Shown here piece by piece: positions 1 through 8,991 of a stretch of 64,000 nucleotides of DNA. Source of the stretch: an uncultured Gammaproteobacteria bacterium (lineage in GTDB: Bacteria; Patescibacteriota; Patescibacteriia; Patescibacteriales; Patescibacteriaceae); contig CAYTLN010000002.1 in assembly GCA_964438845.1 (NCBI GenBank), positions 4,668-68,667 of the forward strand. The letters are read 5' to 3'. A model generated the notes under the pieces. The model did no database searches. It worked only from the letters and a program-made list of their open reading frames with translations, and was not told the DNA's origin. Positions within the stretch are counted from its first letter, which is position 1. Each line of letters begins with the position of its first letter. The translations under genes and the position numbers were made by a program.

Positions 1-2
1 TG

Positions 3-482
3 AAGAATTCTCATATTCATGAATATATCGATACGCATGTCCGGGATGAGATATTTCCGCAGCCTGAGAGTGAGCCTTTCAAGAATGCAACAATCACTCT
101 CCACTCTCTCATAGAAGAAGTGGAGGCAGGCGAACTCATCAGGAATATTTCAGCGAACAGCGAGGCAGGGGAACATAATAATCATTTAATTCTGAAATGC
201 TTTTATGAATTGGTCTTCTTGCCCTTGCAGGCTGATCGTCATATATATCGCGCTTCAGGCGGTAGCTATGTAAGCGAGGAAAAGACGATTCCAAAATTCC
301 TTTATCCGAAAGCCGGCTATAAACCCACGATCATCATTCCCACGATGTCGCAGCCTATCAATGGCAGCCTGCAGCGTTACATTTTCTTCACGTATGGCGA
401 TCGTGATTATAATATCCATACGCGGGAAATCGATTATACGATCAGCTCTTTTGAGAATTCGTATGTAGCTTTGTTGTCATAA
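3..482 (+). CDS. hypothetical protein, 5' end outside the window
   Basis: The frame of ORF 120..482 stays open back to nt 3. No motif recognised. A terminator hairpin follows. Confidence 0.35.
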   Translation, partial: KNSHIHEYIDTHVRDEIFPQPESEPFKNATITLHSLIEEVEAGELIRNISANSEAGEHNNHLILKCFYELVFLPLQADRHIYRASGGSYVSEEKTIPKFLYPKAGYKPTIIIPTMSQPINGSLQRYIFFTYGDRDYNIHTREIDYTISSFENSYVALLS

Positions 483-517
483 TCGAAAGCGCTATCGGAA
501 TAAGACAATTATTTTCC

Positions 518-544
518 GGACATGGTACAGCATGTCCGTTTTTT
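518..544 (+). terminator. intrinsic terminator
   Basis: GGACATG (518-524) pairs with CATGTCC (531-537) across a 6-nt loop, followed by a T-run at 539-544. Confidence 0.6.
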
Positions 545-639
545 ATTGGTAAAACAGTGAGGGAATATATGCTATCGTAGTTAACGTATAGGCTCCTGAC
601 ACTTTTGTGTCTTGGGGCTTTTTTTGTTAGGCTGACAGT

Positions 640-2049
640 ATGGATTTCTCGAAAATCAAGACAATCTACATGATCGGCATAAAAGGGGTCGGCATGACCA
701 TGCTCGCCGAATTCCTCGTGCGTCAGGGATATGCGGTTTCCGGCAGCGATACGGCCGAAACCTTCATGACCGACCGCGTCCTGGAGAAGGCCGGCATCCC
801 GGTTTTCCAGGGCTTTTCGGCGGCTCACGTCCCGGCTGCGGCCGATCTGATCATCTATTCGACCGCTTATTCGCCCGAGAATAATGAAGAAGTGAAGGCG
901 GCTGTCGAGGGACGGCGGCATGCCGCGACGTATGCGGAAGCCCTGGCCGGCGTATTCAACAGCCGCAGCGGCATCGCCGTCTGCGGTTCGCACGGCAAGA
1001 CGACGACAAGCGCCTGGATCGGGTATGTGATGGAGCGGGCCGGATTATCGCCGAGCGTCATGGTCGGCGCGCGCGTGCCGCAGTTCGACGGCGCCGGACG
1101 TTCGGGAACCTCGAACTACCTTGTCATCGAAGCTGACGAATACCAGAACAAGCTCGCGCATTTCAATCCGAAGATGATCGTGCTCAATAATATCGAATGG
1201 GACCATCCGGATTTTTTCCCGACCGCCGCTGATTATGAACGGGCCTTTGCTGATTTTGTCGCCAAGCTGCCGAAGTCAGGAAAGCTAATCGCTAATTTCG
1301 ATGACGAGGCAGTGCGACGCGTTGCCGCACAATGTCCCGGCGCTATCATCAGTTACGCGCTAGATTCTGAAGCTGATTATGTCGCGACTGATATCCGGTA
1401 TCTCAATGGCAGGCAATTTTTCCGCGTACTGCTGCGTCCTTCCGGAGAGCCGATAGAAGGTGAGACTGATGAGCTCGGAACATTCGCGATCTCGCTTCCT
1501 GGCCGCCACAACATAGCGAACGCGCTCGCCGTCATCGCGTGCTGCTTAGAGCTCGGCGTCGAACTCCGCGACCTGCGATCGCATCTTGAAGCATTCTCCG
1601 GCACTGCTCGCCGTTTCGAACGGCTCGGAGAATATAACGGCGCGCTCATCATCGACGATTACGCGCATCATCCGACAGAAATCAAAGCGACGATCGCCGC
1701 CGTGCGGCAGATGTACGGGGAAAGACGGTTGCGCGTCATCTTCCATCCGCATACGTATACGCGGACGAAATCACTCTTGAAAGAATTCGGATCGAGCTTT
1801 AGCGGTGCTGATGAAGTCAGCGTCCTCGGCATCTACGGTTCCGCCCGCGAGGAACACGGGGGAGTGAGCGCCGAAGATGTCGCGGCCGAGATCCGAGCGC
1901 ACGGAATCGCGAATGCGGCAGTCCGTCAGACGCTTGAGGAAACCGAAGCCTATTTGCGCCAAACCGCGAAACCTGATGAAATTATCCTGCTGCTCGGAGC
2001 CGGCGACGTGTTCAGGATCGGCCAGCGGCTTATCGAACCGGCCGTATGA
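640..2049 (+). CDS. murC: UDP-N-acetylmuramate--L-alanine ligase
   Basis: 469 aa. N-terminal IGIKGVGMTMLAEFL, Mur-ligase P-loop GSHGKTTT and DDYAHHPTE. The stop overlaps the murB start (ATGA). Confidence 0.92.
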   Translation: MDFSKIKTIYMIGIKGVGMTMLAEFLVRQGYAVSGSDTAETFMTDRVLEKAGIPVFQGFSAAHVPAAADLIIYSTAYSPENNEEVKAAVEGRRHAATYAEALAGVFNSRSGIAVCGSHGKTTTSAWIGYVMERAGLSPSVMVGARVPQFDGAGRSGTSNYLVIEADEYQNKLAHFNPKMIVLNNIEWDHPDFFPTAADYERAFADFVAKLPKSGKLIANFDDEAVRRVAAQCPGAIISYALDSEADYVATDIRYLNGRQFFRVLLRPSGEPIEGETDELGTFAISLPGRHNIANALAVIACCLELGVELRDLRSHLEAFSGTARRFERLGEYNGALIIDDYAHHPTEIKATIAAVRQMYGERRLRVIFHPHTYTRTKSLLKEFGSSFSGADEVSVLGIYGSAREEHGGVSAEDVAAEIRAHGIANAAVRQTLEETEAYLRQTAKPDEIILLLGAGDVFRIGQRLIEPAV

Positions 2050-2987
2050 TCCGCGAAAAGATACAACAGGATTTTCCCCTCGCTCCGCTGTCGACATTCA
2101 AGATCGGCGGCGCGGCCGAGTTTTTCGTCGTGGTTGCGACTTCCGCCGAACTCGAGGAGGCTGTCGCCTGGGCTAAGGAACAGAAGAAGCCGGTGACGGT
2201 ATTAGGCGGCGGAAGCAATATCTTAGTCAATGACTCGGGCGTACGGGGGCTGGTCATCAAAGTCGGCAATGAAAAGCTTGAATTTGGAGATAATCGCATC
2301 ACCTGCGGAGCCAGCACGAATGTATGGGATGTGGCGCAAGCCGCTTTTGAGCATGGGCTTGCCGGTATGGAATGGTCGATCGGTATTCCCGGCTCGATGG
2401 GCGGCGCTATCCGCGGCAATGCTGGCGCGCATGGCGGCTCGTTCGACAAGATCGTGGGCGCTGTCACCGTTTTTGACACCGACTTGATGCAGTGGCAGAC
2501 GTATCCCGCCGATGATTGCGCGTTCGCGTATCGATCAAGCCGTTTCAAGTCGGAGCCGCATTATGTTATTTGGGAGGTGACGCTCGACCTCGTGCCCGGA
2601 GACAAGCAGATGATGGCAGAAGCGATTGCCGGCTATAAGCAGTATCGTCGCGATTCTCAGCCGAAGGAACCGAGCGCCGGCTGCATCTTCAAGAATTTTT
2701 TTGCCGACGATATCAAGCGCGCGAACCTTGAACTGTATGCACGCGCTGAAGCCGATAAGAAGATCCGCGGCGGCAAGATCGGCGCGGGCTATCTTGTCCA
2801 GCAGCTCGGCTTGATGGGCCATGCGCACGGCGGCGCCAAGATCAGCGATCAGCACGCGAATTTCATCGTCAATGCTTCGGACGCCACGGCTTCGGATGTG
2901 GTTGCGTTAATCGCCGATGTCAAACAACGCATCAGGGATCGGTACAATGTCGAACTTGAGGAAGAAGTGCAGTATATCGGATTCTGA
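2046..2987 (+). CDS. murB: UDP-N-acetylenolpyruvoylglucosamine reductase
   Basis: 313 aa. LAPLSTFKIGGAAEFF FAD-binding N-terminus, GGGSNILV, and SAGCIFKN in the C-terminal MurB domain. Confidence 0.9.
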   Translation: MIREKIQQDFPLAPLSTFKIGGAAEFFVVVATSAELEEAVAWAKEQKKPVTVLGGGSNILVNDSGVRGLVIKVGNEKLEFGDNRITCGASTNVWDVAQAAFEHGLAGMEWSIGIPGSMGGAIRGNAGAHGGSFDKIVGAVTVFDTDLMQWQTYPADDCAFAYRSSRFKSEPHYVIWEVTLDLVPGDKQMMAEAIAGYKQYRRDSQPKEPSAGCIFKNFFADDIKRANLELYARAEADKKIRGGKIGAGYLVQQLGLMGHAHGGAKISDQHANFIVNASDATASDVVALIADVKQRIRDRYNVELEEEVQYIGF

Positions 2988-3159
2988 TCCGGTGTGGATA
3001 AGGCCGGACTCCGGAAAAGTATTTTGCATAAATCTCCGTTTTAACGGGGCTTTTTTATTTTGACAGATACCGCAAGCTTCTTTATTCTTAGAGTAGTGCT
3101 AAAAAACGGCACGACAATAAGCAATTTTTCTTTAACATTTTTAAATCAAGGGAGGCTTG

Positions 3160-3660
3160 ATGAAATTTATTTTCTTAGCCCGCATCATGACCGGAGCGAT
3201 GCTCTTTGTCATGGGCGTATCGGCGTACAGCTCACCCCCGAACAAAGCCAGTCCGGGTGTGCATGAAAGGCATGACCTCACGTCTAGCAAGACGCAGAGC
3301 ATGAATACAAACACAATGGACAGATATTGTATCCGGGGACACGATTGTCAGTCAATGGAAAGACTGCAATATAAAAGCAACATCTATTCTCACGGATACA
3401 TGAACATGGTAATCCATAGCGGAGCCGTAACAAGCAATGATGTGATCGTAGGCGGTAGCAAAGCGAACAAAGAAACGCTACAGCCGTCTGGCACTGAATA
3501 CATTTCATCAGGCACCAGGGAGGTTGCCGCTGCAACGGAAATTGTATATGTGCTTCACAATACACGTTCTATACAGCAGCGGGACTATACAGTAGTCCTG
3601 GTTCACTATACCGATTACAGCGGCCGGAGGTCCGTTTTTTCCTCTTGCTTATCGGCATAG
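3160..3660 (+). CDS. hypothetical secreted protein
   Basis: ATG at 3160 sits 4 nt after GGAGG (3151-3155). Signal-peptide-like MKFIFLARIMTGAMLFVMGVSAYS. Locally AT-richer; no known domain recognised. Confidence 0.45.
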   Translation: MKFIFLARIMTGAMLFVMGVSAYSSPPNKASPGVHERHDLTSSKTQSMNTNTMDRYCIRGHDCQSMERLQYKSNIYSHGYMNMVIHSGAVTSNDVIVGGSKANKETLQPSGTEYISSGTREVAAATEIVYVLHNTRSIQQRDYTVVLVHYTDYSGRRSVFSSCLSA

Positions 3661-3723
3661 CTTCCTTGATACGATGTTCTTTGTCAGGATAGGCAATAAG
3701 ATAGTAATGAAATTCTGTACCCA

Positions 3724-3757
3724 CACCTGCGGTTTGAAAAAACTGCGGGTGTTTTTT
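3724..3757 (+). terminator. intrinsic terminator
   Basis: CACCTGCGG (3724-3732) pairs with CTGCGGGTG (3743-3751), including two G-U pairs, followed by TTTTTT at 3752-3757. Confidence 0.55.
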
Positions 3758-3761
3758 ATCC

Positions 3762-3790
3762 TTGCCAAAAGCTTAAAAACATGCTAGAAT
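3762..3790 (+). promoter_or_regulatory. sigma70-type promoter of the efflux operon
   Basis: TTGCCA (3762-3767), 17-nt spacer, TGC-TAGAAT (-10 at 3785-3790). The 19-nt leader has no SD. Confidence 0.55.
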
Positions 3791-3809
3791 CGAGCCATAT
3801 ATCATTACT

Positions 3810-5600
3810 ATGGTTAAGAAAACAAGAAATTACATCCTCCTCGGCGTCGGCGTCCTTATCGTCGGCGGTATTGTTTATGGAGTAGTCGCAAATAAGCCTA
3901 AAATCGAGTATACGACCGCTGACGTGACTCGGGGCACCTTAGTCCAGACGGTCAATGAAACCGGGACGATCACTCCTGCTAAGGAGATCGACCTTAATTT
4001 CCTCAGCTCCGGCCAGCTCGCGAAACTTACCGTGAAGATTGGCGATAAGGTCGAGGCTGACCAGGCATTGGCTGAGATCGACTCTTCGAGCCTGGCAATC
4101 AAGCGTCAGGAAGCAAGCGCCGGATTAGCTGTCGCTCAGGCGAATACGACGCAGGCGCAGATGGCTGCGGACGCGGCTCAGCGCGAGTACGATAAGCTGG
4201 CAGCTAGCTTGAATGAAGCGGTCGCTCAAGCTGAAAAGACTAAGCGTGATCTCGAAGATACGACGGCAGCGACGCTTACGACTTCCGAACAGGCCGTCGT
4301 CACCGCTGAATCGACCCTGTCGACCACGCAGGCGACTTACCAGCAGGGGATTGATAATAAATTCGATGCTCTCGTTTTGACGCTTGAGAATAAGATGGCT
4401 TCGGGTGTCGCGACGCTCGATATGCTCGCACGCATTTACGCTGAAGAAGACCCCGAGCATACGCTTTCAAGCAATGACCACTATGCGCTCTTGTTAGCTC
4501 GCATGAGCTATCAGGACGCACGTACAAAAGCGACTTCCGCTCTTGCTTCGATTTCGACAGCCAAAGCTTCCCGGACATCGGCGAATCTTGAGGCAGCCTA
4601 TGCCGCTTCCAATACGGCGCTGTCCCAAGCCTTTGAAGCGCTTACGCGGATGTTCACCGTTCTCGAGAATACCGGCCCTTCGTTTTATTTGAGCCGGGAT
4701 GCGATCGATGCGTATAAGGCGACCGTCGATGCGCATACGACAACCACATCTACCTCGATCAGCGCGCTGCAAACCGCCCGCCAAGCATTGAATGACGCCC
4801 GGCTTGCTTATAATACGAACGTCCTTTCCGCCCAGCAGAATCTCAACGCGGCAAAGGCGGCGCTTGATAGCGCAACGCTTACAGCTCGCAATGCCGCGGT
4901 TACGACCCGGTTAAGCCGTGATCAGCAGCTCGCTTCCGCTCAGACCCGTGTTGATAACGCAAGGGCGGCGACAATTGTCAGCCAGGCTCAGCTGGCCCAA
5001 GCTCAGGCGAACCTCAGCTTCGCTTCCAACCAATTGTCCGATAATGTCCTGCGTTCACCGATCAAAGGAATCATTACCAAAGTCAATTATGAAGTCGGTG
5101 AACAAGTGACACAGGCGAAACCGTTGCTTTCACTGCTTACCGAAAACAATTTCCAGCTTGAGGTGGACATTTCTGAAACTGATATCGCCAAGATCAAACT
5201 GAATAATCCGGCGATGATTACTCTCGATTCCGTTTCGGCCGATACGTCGGTTGAAGGCAAAGTATATTTTATCGAGCCGGCCGCGACCGTTATCCAAGGC
5301 GTCACATATTATAAAGTCAAGATCAGCTTCGATCCGAAGGATATAGCCGACGTCAAGTCGGGCATGACGGCCGACGCGGTCATTACGACCGATACAAAAG
5401 AGAATGTTCTCATGATGCCGGCGAGGGCGATCGTGGAACGCGACAATGCCAAATATGCCCGCGTTCTCGAAGGAGAAGCGGTCCGTGAAAGCCGAGTCGT
5501 TATCGGCCAATCCGGAGACAACGGCATGGTCGAAGTAATCGAAGGCGTCAATGAGGGAGAAAAGGTGGTTACTTTCATTAAAGATCCGAGCAAGAAATAA
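3810..5600 (+). CDS. HlyD/MacA-family efflux adaptor (membrane fusion protein), unusually long
   Basis: 596 aa. N-terminal TM anchor, lipoyl-like EIDLNFLSSGQLAKLTVKIGDKVEADQALAEID, roughly 300 aa of Ala/Gln/Thr-rich coiled coil, and C-terminal beta-barrel VLRSPIKGIITKVNYEVGEQV. Confidence 0.85.
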   Translation: MVKKTRNYILLGVGVLIVGGIVYGVVANKPKIEYTTADVTRGTLVQTVNETGTITPAKEIDLNFLSSGQLAKLTVKIGDKVEADQALAEIDSSSLAIKRQEASAGLAVAQANTTQAQMAADAAQREYDKLAASLNEAVAQAEKTKRDLEDTTAATLTTSEQAVVTAESTLSTTQATYQQGIDNKFDALVLTLENKMASGVATLDMLARIYAEEDPEHTLSSNDHYALLLARMSYQDARTKATSALASISTAKASRTSANLEAAYAASNTALSQAFEALTRMFTVLENTGPSFYLSRDAIDAYKATVDAHTTTTSTSISALQTARQALNDARLAYNTNVLSAQQNLNAAKAALDSATLTARNAAVTTRLSRDQQLASAQTRVDNARAATIVSQAQLAQAQANLSFASNQLSDNVLRSPIKGIITKVNYEVGEQVTQAKPLLSLLTENNFQLEVDISETDIAKIKLNNPAMITLDSVSADTSVEGKVYFIEPAATVIQGVTYYKVKISFDPKDIADVKSGMTADAVITTDTKENVLMMPARAIVERDNAKYARVLEGEAVRESRVVIGQSGDNGMVEVIEGVNEGEKVVTFIKDPSKK

Positions 5601-5618
5601 ATCTTAGTTCCAATTGGT

Positions 5619-6335
5619 ATGTTGATCCGGCTGACTGATCTGAAAAAAGAATACCGCAACGAAGAGGTCGTGACGAAAGTGCTGCACGGCCTTTCGTTTA
5701 CTATCGAGAAGGGTGAATTCGTTTCTATCATGGGCCCCTCGGGTTCCGGCAAGTCGACGCTCATGCACATCCTCGGCTTCCTCGACCGGGCCTCTTCGGG
5801 CACGTATGAATTCGACGGCAAGGATGTTACCTCGCTTTCCGATGACGAGCTGGCCGCTTTTCGCAACGAGAAGATCGGCTTCGTCTTCCAGGCGTTCAAC
5901 CTGCTGCCGCGTACGACCGTCCTTGATAACGTCAAGCTGCCGTTATTGTACGCGCGTACGCCGATGAAGAATCCGGAAAAGCGGGCGAAAGAAGTACTTG
6001 AACGCGTCGGTCTCGGCCATCGTCTCAATTATTACACGAACCAAATCTCCGGCGGCGAAAAGCAGCGCGTCGCGATCGCCCGCGCGTTGATCAACGATCC
6101 GTCGGTAATCTTTGCCGATGAACCGACCGGAAACCTCGACTCGAAGTCGGGCACTCAAGTTATGAAATTCCTTCAGGATCTGAACAAAGCGGGCAATACG
6201 ATCATCCTCGTGACGCATGAAACCTATACGTCCGAGCACGCTAAACGCATCATCAGCATCAAGGACGGCGATATCATAGAAGACCGTCCGGTCCTCAAGC
6301 GCCGTTTCGCCGGCGAAAGCGAGATTCTCAAATAA
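5619..6335 (+). CDS. ABC transporter ATP-binding protein (MacB/LolD-like)
   Basis: Walker [10 protein letters not shown], signature [15 protein letters not shown], Walker [12 protein letters not shown]. Confidence 0.93.
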   Translation: MLIRLTDLKKEYRNEEVVTKVLHGLSFTIEKGEFVSIMGPSGSGKSTLMHILGFLDRASSGTYEFDGKDVTSLSDDELAAFRNEKIGFVFQAFNLLPRTTVLDNVKLPLLYARTPMKNPEKRAKEVLERVGLGHRLNYYTNQISGGEKQRVAIARALINDPSVIFADEPTGNLDSKSGTQVMKFLQDLNKAGNTIILVTHETYTSEHAKRIISIKDGDIIEDRPVLKRRFAGESEILK

Positions 6336-6339
6336 TCCC

Positions 6340-7596
6340 ATGAACCTGAGCTATTACGTCCAGCTGCTCGCGGGGGCGTTCAAGGCGCTCAATGCGAACC
6401 GAAAACGAAGTTCGTTGACGATGCTCGGCATCATCATCGGCGTCGCGGCTGTCATCGTCATCATGGCGATCGGAGCCGGCGCCCAATCCTTGATCCTGTC
6501 GCAAGTCCAGAGCTTCGGCGGCAGCCTCATCGGCGTTCTGCCGGGCAAATCGGAAAAGAGCGGACCGCCCGCGTCGGTGATGGGCGTCACGATCACGACG
6601 CTTACCCTTGATGACGCCGAAGCATTGAAGAACAAATCAAACGTCCCGCACGCGGTCGCCGTCGCTCCGTTCACGCGCGCCGTGGCTACGGTTGAGTGGA
6701 AGGATGCGACCTACGAGGCGAACATCAGCGGGACGAGCTCGGAATACATGGATGTCGAGGGAGGAGAAGTCGCCTCCGGCCGCTTCTTCACGAAGGAAGA
6801 AGAGTCTTCCGTCGCGAAAGTGATCGTTCTGGGCAGCACGGTCAGCGATGAATTATTCGGTCAGACCGACCCGGTCGGTCAGACAGTCCGGCTTAAAGGG
6901 AGCGGTTACACCGTAATCGGCGTCATGGCTGAACGCGGCTCTGTCGCGTTCCAGGATTACGACGACCAGGTTTTCATCCCGATCACGACCGTGCAGCGGC
7001 TTATCGCCGGCGTCCGCCACCTCGGCCTCCTTCGTTTGAAGGTCGAATCCGAAGAATATCTCGAGACGACGGTTGCCGATGTCGAGGCGACATTGCGTGA
7101 GAGGCATGGCATTAAGGATCAAAGCGGCGAAAGCGATGACTTTTCTGTGCGTAACGCGAAGGACGCCCTTGATCTCTTGACGGCCATAACTGACGGATTG
7201 AAGTTTTTCCTCGCGGCGATGGCGGCTTTGTCGCTGCTTGTCGGCGGCATCGGTATCATGAATATCATGCTTATCCGGGTCGTCGAGCGAACTCGGGAAA
7301 TCGGCCTGCGCCAGGCGGTCGGAGCTCGCCGTTTTGACATATTGTCCCAATTCTTGGTCGAGGCGGTGGCTATCACGGTTACCGGCGGCATCATCGGCAT
7401 CATTCTTGGCGAGCTGGCTTCGGTCGTCATTACCCTCATCGCCCGGCAGCTCGAGTATGATTGGCCGTTCAGCTTCTCTCCTCTTGCCATCATCCTTGCC
7501 GTTTCCGTTTCGATAGCGGTCGGGATCATCTTCGGGCTATATCCGGCGGCAAAGGCGAGCAAGCTCGATCCGATCGAAGCGTTGCGATACGAATAA
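6340..7596 (+). CDS. ABC transporter permease, FtsX/MacB-type
   Basis: 418 aa. N-terminal TM, large extracytoplasmic domain and a C-terminal FtsX block (GGIGIMNIMLIRVVERTREIGLRQAVGA). Confidence 0.9.
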   Translation: MNLSYYVQLLAGAFKALNANRKRSSLTMLGIIIGVAAVIVIMAIGAGAQSLILSQVQSFGGSLIGVLPGKSEKSGPPASVMGVTITTLTLDDAEALKNKSNVPHAVAVAPFTRAVATVEWKDATYEANISGTSSEYMDVEGGEVASGRFFTKEEESSVAKVIVLGSTVSDELFGQTDPVGQTVRLKGSGYTVIGVMAERGSVAFQDYDDQVFIPITTVQRLIAGVRHLGLLRLKVESEEYLETTVADVEATLRERHGIKDQSGESDDFSVRNAKDALDLLTAITDGLKFFLAAMAALSLLVGGIGIMNIMLIRVVERTREIGLRQAVGARRFDILSQFLVEAVAITVTGGIIGIILGELASVVITLIARQLEYDWPFSFSPLAIILAVSVSIAVGIIFGLYPAAKASKLDPIEALRYE

Positions 7597-7597
7597 T

Positions 7598-8857
7598 ATG
7601 ACGATTTTCTCATCGCTCAAAACATCCCTCAAGCTCATGCGCGCCAATAAGATGCGCACGGCGTTGACGCTGCTCGGGCTCGTCATCGGCATCATGACCG
7701 TCATCATCGTCTACTCCGCCGGCGAAGGCATACGCAGCCTCGTCCTTGGGCAGCTTGATTCCTTCGGCACTAACATTATCCAAACCGAGATCAAAGTGCC
7801 TAATAATAAATCCGGTTCGGCGGGCGATAGCGAATCGGCTAACGCGCTCGCTTCCGGGGTTCAAGTAACGACATTGACGATCGATGATATGGAAGCGGTC
7901 GAACGTCTGCCGAACGTCGCTCGCGGCTACGGCGCCGTCTTGAGCCAGGAGCAGGCGAGCTATGGCAATGAATTGCGGCGGGCGTATATCTTCGGTGTCA
8001 GCGCTCCCTATATTTCGATCGATAGCGGTACCACAATCGATGAGGGACGGTTCTTCACGGAAAGCGAGGATTCTGGAGCGGCGGCCGTTGCCGTTCTCGG
8101 TTCGGGTATTAAGGAGAAATTGTTCGGCGATTCGGACGCGATCGGCAAGACTGTCAGGCTGCGCAACGAACGCTTCGTCGTCATCGGAGTGATGGGAGAG
8201 CGGGGGACCGTCATGTTCCTTAATTTCGACGATTATATTTACGTTCCGGTCCAGGCTCTCCAAAAAAAGCTCATGGGCATCAACCATATTTCATATATGA
8301 TCCATCAGCTCGATGATATCGAGCGGGCCGACAATACGGCTGAGGATATACGCTACACGCTCCGCGAACGCCATTCGATTTCCGATCCGGCAAAAGACGA
8401 TTTCCGCGTTTCGACGATGCAGGAGGCGATGGATACTCTCAATACGATCACGGACGCCCTTACGTTCCTGCTTCTCGGCATCGTGGCGATATCGCTGATC
8501 GTCGGCGGAGTCGGGATCATGAATATCATGTATGTCGCTGTTACGGAGCGGACGATGGAAATCGGCTTGCGCAAAGCGCTCGGCGCTACCGCTTCCGATA
8601 TCATGCGCCAGTTCCTTGTCGAGGCGATCCTCATCACTGTCCTGGGCGGAGTTGTCGGCAGCATTCTCGGAAGCGTAATCGCGTATTTGATGTCAGTTAT
8701 CGCGAGCGCCCTCGGATTCAATTGGGCTTTTTCAATTCCTTCCCAAGCATATATCGTTTCGATTCTTTTCAGCGCGGTCTGCGGCATCGCTTTCGGCGTG
8801 ACGCCGGCACGAACAGCCGCCAAGCTCGATCCCATCGAAGCTTTGCGGGCGGAATAA
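7598..8857 (+). CDS. ABC transporter permease, FtsX/MacB-type (paralog)
   Basis: 419 aa with the same architecture (GGVGIMNIMYVAVTERTMEIGLRKALGA). Starts 2 nt after the previous stop. Confidence 0.9.
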   Translation: MTIFSSLKTSLKLMRANKMRTALTLLGLVIGIMTVIIVYSAGEGIRSLVLGQLDSFGTNIIQTEIKVPNNKSGSAGDSESANALASGVQVTTLTIDDMEAVERLPNVARGYGAVLSQEQASYGNELRRAYIFGVSAPYISIDSGTTIDEGRFFTESEDSGAAAVAVLGSGIKEKLFGDSDAIGKTVRLRNERFVVIGVMGERGTVMFLNFDDYIYVPVQALQKKLMGINHISYMIHQLDDIERADNTAEDIRYTLRERHSISDPAKDDFRVSTMQEAMDTLNTITDALTFLLLGIVAISLIVGGVGIMNIMYVAVTERTMEIGLRKALGATASDIMRQFLVEAILITVLGGVVGSILGSVIAYLMSVIASALGFNWAFSIPSQAYIVSILFSAVCGIAFGVTPARTAAKLDPIEALRAE

Positions 8858-8910
8858 AAAAGCAGGGAGTTAGTTTCGTGCGATACATCTTTCTTTTCTT
8901 TTTTTCGACG

Positions 8911-8949
8911 TAGCGGATTATGTCAACGAAAAGCCGCTATCTGATTTTT
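8911..8949 (+). terminator. possible intrinsic terminator
   Basis: TAGCGG (8911-8916) pairs with CCGCTA (8934-8939) across a long 17-nt loop, with a T-run at 8945-8949. Confidence 0.35.
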
Positions 8950-8951
8950 GT

Positions 8952-8981
8952 TTGTAAGGAAGGGGATTAAATTGATATACT
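8952..8981 (+). promoter_or_regulatory. extended -10 promoter
   Basis: TTGTAA (8952-8957), 18-nt spacer, TGA-TATACT (-10 at 8976-8981). The ATG lies 10 nt downstream. Confidence 0.5.
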
Positions 8982-8991
8982 GAAAGCAGCT

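Noticed and set aside
3035-3056. Terminator after murB (CCGTT..AACGG followed by GGCTTTTTTATTTT).
   Set aside because: The stem is only 3-5 bp with a 2-6-nt loop. The T-run is convincing but the hairpin is marginal, so it is not listed as a feature.
5309-6028. Long antisense or alternative-frame ORFs in the track, for example 5309..6028(-), 9724..10443(-), 14666..15445(-), 30092..31030(-), 35005..35646(-), 47727..48680(-), 60737..61390(+) and 62643..63413(+).
   Set aside because: Each lies fully inside a confidently identified gene on the other strand or frame. Their products are low-complexity and Arg/Ser/Pro/Gly-rich with no motifs. They are shadow ORFs of a moderately GC-rich genome.
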